From an uncultured Chloroflexia bacterium (GTDB lineage: Bacteria; Chloroflexota; Anaerolineae; Anaerolineales; Villigracilaceae): a stretch of 64,000 nucleotides of DNA. The notes below the pieces were generated by a model. That model was not told the DNA's origin. It saw only the letters and a program-made list of their open reading frames with translations, and ran no database searches. A program made the position numbers and the translations under genes. The first letter of the stretch is position 1; each line of letters starts with the position of its first letter. This document shows, one piece after another, positions 26,422 through 37,158 of the stretch. The stretch spans positions 212,392-276,391 of the forward strand of contig CAVTZT010000010.1 in assembly GCA_963739255.1 (NCBI GenBank). Direction: 5' to 3'.

Positions 26422-27050
26422 GGCTGCTGGTTTTCGATCACCTGATAGGTATCCAGCAAGGTGATCAGGATCTGGTCGGTGAAGGCAAACACCCGGCGCA
26501 GCATTTCCCCCCACGCCTGGCCGGAGGGGATCCTGGATTGCTGATAAACGGTGATCATCAACTCGAGCAGGGTGTTGCGAAAAAAGAGGAAAGCGCGCGC
26601 CGCTTCGACGCTGTCCAGGTTGTAACGTCGGCCGCGGGAGGCGTACTCGTAGCCGATCGAGCGCGCCTCGGCCATGGCATCCTCGCCCTGCGAGGCCAGA
26701 TAGCTTGCCAGCCCCTGCACCAGGAGGCGGCCGCTCTCCCGGTACTGGCGGCGGGCGTCGTCATCAAGGCGCCGGTACCAGGTCTCCGCCTCCAGGTGGC
26801 CTTCGGTGATCTGGAAGCGCATCTGCCGCAGGGCATGTTGGACGAGGTTCTCCGGTTCCAGGCTGCGCGCCTGGCTGGCGGAGTGGGCCCACAGCTCGAC
26901 CTCGGAACGCAGGTAGCGGCGGTGCCGGCCCTGGGTGCGGTGGACGGGGATCTGGCCCTTGTCCGACCACAGGCGCACCGTGCTGGGGTGCACGCCGATC
27001 AGCTCAGCCGCCTGGCTGAGCGTCAGCCATTGCTCACTTTCCTTCAACAT
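26418..27050 (-). CDS. MerR/excisionase-type HTH DNA-binding protein with helical C-terminal domain
   Basis: 'LTLSQAAELIGVHPSTVRLWSDKGQIPVHRTQGRHRRY' is an HTH_17/MerR-like motif, followed by ~150 aa of helical sequence. Confidence 0.7.
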   Translation of the reverse strand: MLKESEQWLTLSQAAELIGVHPSTVRLWSDKGQIPVHRTQGRHRRYLRSEVELWAHSASQARSLEPENLVQHALRQMRFQITEGHLEAETWYRRLDDDARRQYRESGRLLVQGLASYLASQGEDAMAEARSIGYEYASRGRRYNLDSVEAARAFLFFRNTLLELMITVYQQSRIPSGQAWGEMLRRVFAFTDQILITLLDTYQVIENQQP

Positions 27051-27226
27051 GCGACCATCCCTGGGCCTGACGGGCGAATTAAACAGGCTGAATCTATCAC
27101 AGGCCCGCCCGCCGTCAATGTAGATTTACGTAGAATTTTAATAGAGTTGGATAAAAACCAGATGAGTCTTCACCAGGAAAAAGAACGGGCCGGTCACTGG
27201 GTCGGCCCGCCTCCAACCGGGTGAGT

Positions 27227-28659
27227 TCACGCCCGGGCGACTTTCCTGCCCCGGGGAGGGGCCTTTTCGATGCCGAAAGCCGCCTCCAGCGCCGCGCCGA
27301 CCGAGCGCGCCTCGATGATCTGGAGCCCGTCCGACCAGGGCTCGCCCTTGCGCACTCGCTTGGGCACGATGGCGGTCTTGAATCCCAGCTTGGCGGCCTC
27401 GCGCAGGCGGGCCGGCATCTGCCCGGGCATGCGCAGCTCGCCCGCCAGGCCGATCTCGCCGATCAGCACCGCCTCGGCGCGCACCGGGCATGTCGCCCAT
27501 CGAGGAGGCCACCGCCGCGGCGATGGCCAGATCGGCGGCCGGCTCGTCGATCTTGAGGCCGCCCACCACGTTGACGAACACGTCCTGCTCGGCCAGGTGC
27601 AGATTCAGGCGGCGGGTCAGCACGGCGGTGATCATCAGCAGGCGGTTCAGGTCCACCCCGTTGGGGGTGCGGCGGGCGTTGCCGAACTGCGTCGGGCTGG
27701 TCAGCCCCTGGACCTCGACCAGCAGTGGGCGCGTGCCCTCCATCGTGACCGCGATCGCCGACCCGGCGGCGTTGACCATGCGCTCGGCCAGGAAGGCCTC
27801 CGACGGGTTGGTCACCTCGACCAGGCCCGCGCTCGAGCATCTCGAACACGCCCACCTCGGCGGTCGCGCCGAAGCGGTTCTTGACCGACCGCAGCAGGCG
27901 GTAGGCCTGGAAGCGGTCGCCTTCCAGGTAGAGCACCGTATCGACGATGTGCTCCAGCACGCGCGGCCCGGCGATGGTGCCCTCCTTGGTCACGTGCCCG
28001 ACGACGAACACCGCCACGCCGCTCGACTTGGCCAGCTCGCGCAGCCGCGAGGCGCACTCGCGCACCTGCGAGACCGACCCGGCCGCCGACTCCATCTCCG
28101 GCATGTAAACGGTCTGGATCGAGTCGACGATCAGCAGAGCCGGCTTGATCGACTGTGACATGCTCGAAGATCGTGTCCAGGTTGGTTTCGGTGACCAGGA
28201 ACAGGTCTGCGGGGACGCCGGCCTTTTTCACGTCAGGCGGCAGGATGCGGCGGCGCGCATCTTGATCTGGCGCTCGGATTCCTCGCCCGACACGTACAGG
28301 ACCCGCATCCGGCCGGCCATCTCGAGCGCCATCTGCAGCATCAGCGTGGACTTGCCGATGCCCGGGTCGCCGCCGACCAGCACGATCGAGCCGGGGACGA
28401 TGCCGCCGCCCAGCACCCGGGCAAACTCGCCGATCGGGACCGGAATCCGGTCCTCGGCCTCGCCGCCGACCTCGCCCAGGCGGCGCGGGGTCGAGCGTCC
28501 GCTCAGGCCGCGCGGAGCGGCCCGGGAGCTGGCAGGTTCGTCCGAGACGATCTCCTCGACCATGCTGTTGAACGACCCGCACTGCGGGCAGCGCCCCATG
28601 AATCCGGCGGAGACGCGGCCGCACTGCTGGCAGACGTAACGCGTGTGGGTTTTTGGCAT
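27227..28659 (-). pseudogene. radA: DNA repair protein RadA, broken by four frame changes
   Basis: Five colinear pieces in different frames:
- zinc ribbon 'YVCQQCGRVSAGFMGRCPQCGSF' plus Walker A 'GGDPGIGKSTL' to ~28250
- '[30 protein letters not shown]' to ~28160
- '[16 protein letters not shown]...[15 protein letters not shown]' to ~27840
- '[12 protein letters not shown]...[12 protein letters not shown]' to ~27490
- Lon-like '[14 protein letters not shown]...' to 27227. Confidence 0.85.
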
Positions 28660-28776
28660 GCCCGTATTATACCTTCCCCGTCTGATCCGGCTGGCACGGC
28701 CTGCCTGCGGCGTCCCGGCTCGCCCGTCCCTGCCGCCCCCAACAGTGCGCGAAACAATTATGCTATACTATAAACA

Positions 28777-29622
28777 ATGAAATTCGCCAATTTTTTCGAG
28801 CAGCAAGGTAAATTGGTCTTAGGGATCTCCGGGATTCTCCTGGCTGTCTTGTTAGGGATCGTCGACTACCTTACGGGATATGAAATCAATATTTCCCTGT
28901 TTTATTTGATCCCCATTTCCTTGGTGGCCTGGTATGCCGGTCAGGAGACCGGCCTGGTCGTCGCCGGCGTCAGTGCGATCACCTGGTTTCTGGCCGAGGT
29001 TTTCAGCGGGGTGGCCTATTCGAACAGCTGGATCTACCTGTGGAATACCCTGATCCGCTTGGGGTTCTATATCGTCGTCACCTTCCTGCTTGTGGCTTTG
29101 AGAAAAGCATTCAAAATTAATGAGAACCTGGCACGTACGGATTTCATCACCGGCGCGGTGAGCATCCGCTTTTTTAACGAGCTGGCGCAGCGCGAGCTGA
29201 ATCGCTCCAAGCGCTACAACCATCCCTTCACGTTTGCATACCTCGACCTGGACAATTTCAAGGAGATCAACGAGCGCTTCGGGCACACGGCCGGCGACCG
29301 GGTGCTCAAGGCGATCGCCGAGAGCGTGCAGAAAAAGATCAGGAGCATCGACACCTTTGCCCGCCTGGGTGGGGACGAATTTGCACTGCTGATGCCGGAG
29401 ACCGGCGAGGTGGAAGCTCAATCCGTCATCTCCCGTGTCCGCCGCAGCCTGCTGGAGGAAATGAAGAAGGATAGCTGGGACCTCACCTTCAGCATCGGCG
29501 TGGTGACCTTTATCAAGATCCCCAAGACGGTGGACGACATGGTCAAGATGGCCGATGACGTGATGTACCCGATCAAACTCGGCGGTAAGAACGGGGTCAG
29601 TTACACCATCTACGAAGGCTGA
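28777..29622 (+). CDS. membrane-anchored diguanylate cyclase (GGDEF)
   Basis: Four N-terminal TM helices, then 'DLDNFKEINERFGHTAGDRVLK...RLGGDEFALLMPET'. The ATG lies 7 nt after an extended -10 TGCTATACT. Confidence 0.85.
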   Translation: MKFANFFEQQGKLVLGISGILLAVLLGIVDYLTGYEINISLFYLIPISLVAWYAGQETGLVVAGVSAITWFLAEVFSGVAYSNSWIYLWNTLIRLGFYIVVTFLLVALRKAFKINENLARTDFITGAVSIRFFNELAQRELNRSKRYNHPFTFAYLDLDNFKEINERFGHTAGDRVLKAIAESVQKKIRSIDTFARLGGDEFALLMPETGEVEAQSVISRVRRSLLEEMKKDSWDLTFSIGVVTFIKIPKTVDDMVKMADDVMYPIKLGGKNGVSYTIYEG

Positions 29623-29648
29623 ATTTCAACGGCTCTAACAATCGACCG

Positions 29649-29676
29649 AAGCGCAGAGAGCACCTCTGCGCTTTTA
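29649..29676 (+). terminator. rho-independent terminator
   Basis: 10-bp stem AAGCGCAGAG (29649-58) / CTCTGCGCTT (29664-73), 5-nt loop, followed by a T-run (TTTT within 29672-75). Confidence 0.6.
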
Positions 29677-29764
29677 GTTGGCCGCGCGCCCGCGGTTTAT
29701 CCGGACCCGGCTTTGTGCTATACTCGATCCGGATCGGTTTGGTTTCATCGAGGAGGTTAAATCA

Positions 29765-30292
29765 ATGGAAGCGCAGAGCGACGATTATTCCCTCTATTCC
29801 CTCCCGCCGAAGGACAAGGCCGAGCTGTTGAGGCGCATCCAGCGCGAATGGGACGCACTGGAACAGGCCTTTGCCGGCCTCTCCGCAGCGCAGATGGGCG
29901 TCCCCGACGCCGGCGGCTGGTCGATCAAGGACAACCTGGCCCATCTGACGGCCTGGGAACGTTTCATGCGCCTGGCCTACATCCACAAGACGCCGGCCCA
30001 TGAAGCCATGCAGGTCGACGCCGAGACCTACCAGAAGGTGGATGAGACCGGCATGAACGCCATCCTTTTCAAGCGCAACCGGGACCGGCCGCTGGCCGAA
30101 GTCTTGGCAGAGCTGCGCCAGGAACATGCCCGGGTGCTGGACGAGCTGGCAAAGCTGTCCTTCGAGCAGATGCAGACCCCGCTCGACCCGGCTGACCCCC
30201 AGAAGGGCCCGCTGCTAAACTGGATCATCGGCAACACCTACGACCACTATCGCGAGCACCGCCTGACGATCCAGAAGATTGCTGCCCAATAA
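29765..30292 (+). CDS. DinB/ClbS(DfsB)-like four-helix-bundle protein
   Basis: ATG 29765 follows GAGGAGG. 'KAELLRRIQREWDALEQAFAGLS', 'WSIKDNLAHLTAWERF', C-terminal 'GNTYDHYREH'. Confidence 0.6.
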   Translation: MEAQSDDYSLYSLPPKDKAELLRRIQREWDALEQAFAGLSAAQMGVPDAGGWSIKDNLAHLTAWERFMRLAYIHKTPAHEAMQVDAETYQKVDETGMNAILFKRNRDRPLAEVLAELRQEHARVLDELAKLSFEQMQTPLDPADPQKGPLLNWIIGNTYDHYREHRLTIQKIAAQ

Positions 30293-30324
30293 GGGCCTCA
30301 GCCAGTAGTATGACCCGCATTAAG

Positions 30325-30361
30325 AAGACGTCCCGCAGCGCCTAGCCCTGCGGGACGTCTT
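30325..30361. terminator. bidirectional stem-loop between convergent genes
   Basis: Perfect 14-bp stem AAGACGTCCCGCAG (30325-38) / CTGCGGGACGTCTT (30348-61) with a 9-nt loop. The right arm overlaps the last codons of dus. Confidence 0.55.
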
Positions 30362-31361
30362 GGATTTCAGCCAGCCCGGCGTAGGTTTCGTCGAGCAGGG
30401 CGAGAAAATCGTCGGGGTTTTCCTGCAAGAGGATCTTCGTGCGCACGAGGCGCGGCAGGCGCTGGAGTTTGAGGTACTGCATGGCGTGCTTGCGGAACAG
30501 GATCAGCCCCTTGTGCGGGCCGTAGAACGCCAGGCTGCGCTCCAGGTGGCGGCGTACCATCTGGCGCACCTGCTCGAGCGGGACCTGATCGCGGTCCATG
30601 CGGGAGAAGATCCACGGGTTGCCGATGGCGGCGCGGCCGATCATGACCGCCTCGCAGCCAGTGTAGGCCTTCATGGTCTGGATGTCTGCCGCCTTTTTCA
30701 CGTCCCCGTTGCCGAAGACCGGGATCTTGACCGCCGCCTTGACCTCGGCAATGGCATCCCAGTCCGCCTGCCCGCCGTAGCCCTGCTCTTTGGTCCGCCC
30801 GTGGACGGCGATCGCCGCGCCGCCGCTTTCCTCCACGATGCGGGCGATGAGGCGGTAGGTGCGCATGTCCTCCCAGCCCAGGCGGATCTTGCCCGTCACC
30901 GGGATGTCCAGCGCGGCGGTCAGGCGGCGGAAGATGCGCGCCACCTTGAGGGGCGAGCGCATCAGCCCCACGCCCGCGCCCCGGTTGGCGACCGTCTTGG
31001 CTGGGCAGCCCATGTTGAGGTCGAGAATGTCCGGACGCCGGTCCTGGACGCGCAGGGCGGCCGCGACGAGCTCGTCCGGGTCGTCGCCGTAGATCTGGAA
31101 GACGACCGGCCGCTCGTCCTGCTCGAAGGTCAGGCGCGGGGCCATGTGCTCGTAGGCCTGCACGATGAACTCGGCCTTGACGAACTCGGTGTAGCTCATC
31201 GCCGAGCCGAGCGAGCGGCAGATGGAGCGAAACGGCCAGTCCGAGAACCCGTCCATGGGGGACAGGATGGCATCGCCATAGACCGGCACGCTCCCGACCC
31301 GAAAGTCGGGTGTGGGAGCCGGAGCGGACTCGACGGCTGCAGACGGAAGGATCGAACTCAT
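30342..31361 (-). CDS. dus: tRNA-dihydrouridine synthase
   Basis: 'SPMDGFSDWPFR', 'DLNMGCPAKTVANRGAGVGLM', 'PVTGKIRLGW', 'AIAVHGRTKEQGYGGQADWD', 'MIGRAAIGNPWIF'. Confidence 0.9.
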   Translation of the reverse strand: MSSILPSAAVESAPAPTPDFRVGSVPVYGDAILSPMDGFSDWPFRSICRSLGSAMSYTEFVKAEFIVQAYEHMAPRLTFEQDERPVVFQIYGDDPDELVAAALRVQDRRPDILDLNMGCPAKTVANRGAGVGLMRSPLKVARIFRRLTAALDIPVTGKIRLGWEDMRTYRLIARIVEESGGAAIAVHGRTKEQGYGGQADWDAIAEVKAAVKIPVFGNGDVKKAADIQTMKAYTGCEAVMIGRAAIGNPWIFSRMDRDQVPLEQVRQMVRRHLERSLAFYGPHKGLILFRKHAMQYLKLQRLPRLVRTKILLQENPDDFLALLDETYAGLAEIQDVPQG

Positions 31362-31375
31362 GGGTAATGGCCGGC

Positions 31376-31945
31376 TTATTTTTTCGGCCGGTCCACATAT
31401 TTCTGGCGGAACTTGGCAACCTTGGGGGCGATCACGGCCCGGCAGTAGCCCTGGAAAGGATTCTTCTTGAAGTATTCCTGATGATAATCCTCGGCCATGT
31501 AGAACTGCTCGAGGGGTGCCACCTGGGTCACGATCGGATTCGTCCAGATCCCGGAGGCATTGATCTCCTGGATGACCTGCTCGGCGGCGGCCTTCTGCTC
31601 CGGGTTGTGGTAGAAGATCGCCGAGCGATACTGCGGGCCGACGTCCGCACCTTGGCGGTTCGGGGTGGTTGGATCGTGGATGGTGAAGAAGACGTGCAGC
31701 AGGTCGGCGTAGGAGACGACTGCCGGGTCGAAGGTGATGCGCACGGCCTCGGCATGTCCGGTATCCCCGTCGCAGACGTCCTCGTAGGACGGGTTCAGCA
31801 CGTGCCCGCCGGTATAGCCGGACTCGACGGATTCTACCCCTTTGAGCTCATCGAAGACCGCCTCCAGGCACCAGAAGCAGCCGCCGGCCAGGGTGGCTAC
31901 CTGTCCCTTGCTAGAACCGGGACTGCCACGTAAATCCTTACCCAT
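31376..31945 (-). CDS. msrA: peptide-methionine (S)-S-oxide reductase
   Basis: '[15 protein letters not shown]', '[32 protein letters not shown]', '[22 protein letters not shown]', 'EDYHQEYF'. Start placed at MGKD. Confidence 0.93.
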   Translation of the reverse strand: MGKDLRGSPGSSKGQVATLAGGCFWCLEAVFDELKGVESVESGYTGGHVLNPSYEDVCDGDTGHAEAVRITFDPAVVSYADLLHVFFTIHDPTTPNRQGADVGPQYRSAIFYHNPEQKAAAEQVIQEINASGIWTNPIVTQVAPLEQFYMAEDYHQEYFKKNPFQGYCRAVIAPKVAKFRQKYVDRPKK

Positions 31946-31965
31946 AAAAAACCTCCAAAAATAAT

Positions 31966-32056
31966 GTGTCGTTGCGAGCCGCTGTTCTGAGCGGCGTGGC
32001 AACCCCCTCGTGCAGGCGGAGATTGCCACGGCGGCTGCGCCGCCTCGCAACGACAC
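31966..32056. repeat. nested palindromic element (closing stem plus three internal hairpins)
   Basis: 13-bp arms GTGTCGTTGCGAG (31966-78) / CTCGCAACGACAC (32044-56). Inner hairpins are GCCGCT/AGCGGC (31978-95), GTGGCAA/TTGCCAC (31996-32002 / 32023-29) and GCGGC/GCCGC (32031-43). Confidence 0.8.
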
Positions 32057-32083
32057 GAGTTGACGTTGTGTCGCGCCGAGAAA

Positions 32084-34593
<2,510 letters not shown>

Positions 34594-34968
34594 AAAGGTC
34601 TCCTCGTTCAATCAGACAGGAACTGTCTAGATTGATTCTACCAAAAACAGGCCCCGATTTTATATGAAAATGATTAGAGTTTAGAAAGGTCCGCCCGGAT
34701 TGGACAGGTATAACATAAAAGGAGTCGACCGTCAAAAGCGGTCGGCCATAGGGATGGCTAAACCCGTTGGCATAGCAAGAGATTGTTCACCGCTGAGATC
34801 GCGGAGCACACAGAGAAACGAAAAAATCTTGCTCCGCGAACTCGGCGCTCTCTCCCGGAGGGACGCTCCCGGCAGGACACCGGGACGGTGCGGGACGGTG
34901 TGCGGTGAATTCGCACCCCCAAATAAGACACCCTTCCGCTTGTCTGTTTGACAGATCCCGAGGTGATT

Positions 34969-35592
34969 CTAGTAAATGAATGGGATCAGGAAACTGGTGC
35001 GCTTTTTGTACTCCGTCCAGGCTTCGCCGAAGCGCTCCGCCAGGGCGGCGTCTTCGCGCCGGGCGCGGCCGGTAAAGGAGATAACTGAAAAGACCAGCAG
35101 CAGCAGGATCATCCACATCGGGTAGAGCAGCAGCAGACCCAGCATGGCGGCCCACCAGCCGAAGTACATCGGGTTGCGCACGAAGGCGTACGGTCCGCTC
35201 TGGACGAGCTGGTGGTCGTCGCGCAGCTTCACGTCACGGCTGGTGCTGATGCCCCACATCCTGCCCAGCGTGCGCCGCGCCCAGAGCACGAAGGCGCAAC
35301 CGGCGAGATAGAGGACCAGGCCGATGAGGTCGAGAAGGAATGCGATGCCGGCCGGGAGGGGCAGCACCGGGATCCACAGGAAATAGGCCATCACGGCGCA
35401 GAGGACCAGCCCCAGCAGGACCATCGCCACCTGTGTCCACAGCGGCCAGTCGCGTCCCTTGCGCGCGGGCAGCAACGTGACCGCCTGTCCCTTGCCCAAG
35501 GCCGCAAACCAGTCCGCCAGGGTGAGCACGAAGCTGAGGTAGACTAAGCTGACGATCACGAGAATGGCTGCGATCCAGTTGAAAATAGCCAT
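34969..35592 (-). CDS. isoprenylcysteine carboxyl / phospholipid methyltransferase-family membrane protein
   Basis: 207 aa, 5-6 TM helices. 'LVQSGPYAFVRNPMYFGWWAAMLG' and 'EDAALAERFGEAWTEY' match the ICMT/PEMT-type family. Confidence 0.7.
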   Translation of the reverse strand: MAIFNWIAAILVIVSLVYLSFVLTLADWFAALGKGQAVTLLPARKGRDWPLWTQVAMVLLGLVLCAVMAYFLWIPVLPLPAGIAFLLDLIGLVLYLAGCAFVLWARRTLGRMWGISTSRDVKLRDDHQLVQSGPYAFVRNPMYFGWWAAMLGLLLLYPMWMILLLLVFSVISFTGRARREDAALAERFGEAWTEYKKRTSFLIPFIY

Positions 35593-35602
35593 CCTTCTCC
35601 TC

Positions 35603-35932
35603 CTAACGATTGTCCCCTTCTCCGCGGATCGTGCCGCGCTCCAGCCGGTCGAAGAGCTTCTTCAGGTTGTGCTCGGCGACCTCGTCCAGCGACAGGTCCA
35701 GCTCGGTGCAGACCTGGGCCAGGTACCAGAGCACGTCGCCCAACTCGCTTTTCAGGGCTTCGCGCTCGGCCGCGCCGATGAGGCCACCCTTGTCGCGGAA
35801 GATCTTCTTGACTTTTCCGGCCACTTCCCCGGCCTCGTTAGCCAGGCCGAGGGTCGGGTAGATGACCGGGTGCCCGATGGGCGGGTAGCCGGCGGTCTTG
35901 CGGGATTGGGTTTGGTATTCGCGGAAGTCCAT
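35603..35932 (-). CDS. MazG-like nucleotide pyrophosphohydrolase
   Basis: 109 aa. 'LGLANEAGEVAGKVKK' and 'ELGDVLWYLAQVCTELDLSLDEVAEHNLKKL' are the EExxE/D-type MazG helices. Confidence 0.8.
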   Translation of the reverse strand: MDFREYQTQSRKTAGYPPIGHPVIYPTLGLANEAGEVAGKVKKIFRDKGGLIGAAEREALKSELGDVLWYLAQVCTELDLSLDEVAEHNLKKLFDRLERGTIRGEGDNR

Positions 35933-35941
35933 ATGTTTTTA

Positions 35942-36092
35942 ACCACGAAGGACACAAGGGTCACGAAGGATGAAATTTGTCTTGCTGGACTAAAACGATA
36001 ATAAGCCGTGAGGTTGGATCAAGTTTGTTCTTCCTGAAGGGCCAAGCGGGTCAAAAGAAATTTCCTTTGTGCTCCGTCGTGTCCTTCGTGGT
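35942..36092. repeat. 151-bp element bounded by perfect 14-bp inverted repeats
   Basis: ACCACGAAGGACAC (35942-55) / GTGTCCTTCGTGGT (36079-92). There is an internal CACGAAGGA direct repeat. It fills almost the whole spacer between the mazG-like start and the M42 stop. Confidence 0.75.
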
Positions 36093-36096
36093 GAGC

Positions 36097-37149
36097 CTAT
36101 TCCTCCAGCAAATAGGCCATCACCCATTGCGTGGTGGCGACCAGCGCCTCGGTGTGGGTGCGCTCGTAGCTGTGCGAGGCGTCCACGCCAGGGCCGATCA
36201 GGGCCACCGCCACGTCCCCGCCGGCGCGCCAGAAGGCCTCGCCGTCCGAGCCGTAGTACGGGTAGATGTCCACCTTGTAGGGGATGGCGTGCTTTTCGGC
36301 CAGGAGGCGCAGGCGCTCCGAGAGGCCGTGGTGGTACGGGCCGCCGCTGTCCTTGACGCACAGGGAGGCGTGGAACTCGTCCGAGGCCTGTCCCTCGCCG
36401 ACGGCGGCCATGTCCACCACCACCAGCTCCTCCACTTCGGCGGGGATGCCCGCCGCGGCGCCGTGCCCGACCTCCTCATAGTTGCTGATCAGCAGATGGG
36501 CCGTGTGGGCGGGCTTCAGCCCGGCGTCGCTGAGCGCCTTGACCGCCGCCACCAGGCAGGCGACGCAGGCCTTGTCGTCCAGGTGGCGCGAGCGCACGAA
36601 GCCGGCGGCCACCTCGAGGCGCGGGTCGAAGGCGACGAAGTCACCCACCTCGATGCCCAGGGTGCGCGTCTCCTGCTCGGACGTGGTGCGCGCCTCCAGG
36701 CGGACTTCCAGGTTGGCATCCTCGCGCTTGGTTTCGTTGACTTCCGCCCCGAAGACGTGACCGGAGGCTTTGGTCAGCAGGAGCGAGCCGCGCACCGGCG
36801 CGCCTTTGGAGGCGAAGACCGTCACCCCCTCGCCTTCGACCGTGTTCCAGGCGAAGCCGCCGATCTTGGTCAGCTTCAGCCGCCCGCTAGGCTTGATCTC
36901 CTTGACCATCGCCCCGAGCGTGTCGGCGTGGGCGGTCAGGGCGCGCGGACCGTCTTTGCGCTTACCCGGCCAGGCTGCCACCAGGGCGCCCTTGCGCGTG
37001 CGGGAGAGCTCAAGCCCTTTGAACGATCTGAGCGTCGTCTCGGTCAGGGCAATGGCCGGCTCGGCGAGACCGGTCGGGCTGGGGGTATTGAGCAGGCGGG
37101 TCAGGAAATCGAGCAGGAAGGCGGTCGGGACATCGGGAAGGTCTGGCAT
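36097..37149 (-). CDS. M42 family metallopeptidase
   Basis: 350 aa. 'LTAHADTLGAMV', 'RHLDDKACVA', 'NYEEVGHGAA', 'GPGVDASHSYERTH' are M42 metal-ligand contexts. Confidence 0.8.
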   Translation of the reverse strand: MPDLPDVPTAFLLDFLTRLLNTPSPTGLAEPAIALTETTLRSFKGLELSRTRKGALVAAWPGKRKDGPRALTAHADTLGAMVKEIKPSGRLKLTKIGGFAWNTVEGEGVTVFASKGAPVRGSLLLTKASGHVFGAEVNETKREDANLEVRLEARTTSEQETRTLGIEVGDFVAFDPRLEVAAGFVRSRHLDDKACVACLVAAVKALSDAGLKPAHTAHLLISNYEEVGHGAAAGIPAEVEELVVVDMAAVGEGQASDEFHASLCVKDSGGPYHHGLSERLRLLAEKHAIPYKVDIYPYYGSDGEAFWRAGGDVAVALIGPGVDASHSYERTHTEALVATTQWVMAYLLEE

Positions 37150-37158
37150 GGTTTCCTC

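Noticed and set aside
30360-31419. Two long alternative ORFs (335 aa on the plus strand, 350 aa on the minus strand) overlapping dus.
   Set aside because: Only frame 30342-31361(-) shows Dus motifs. The others are GC-driven open frames.
31966-32056. The cloverleaf-shaped element as a tRNA or tmRNA-like gene.
   Set aside because: Arm lengths (13-bp closing stem, 20-nt loop) and the absence of T-loop (GTTCRANYC) and D-loop consensus rule out a tRNA. Its sequence belongs to a recognisable intergenic repeat type.
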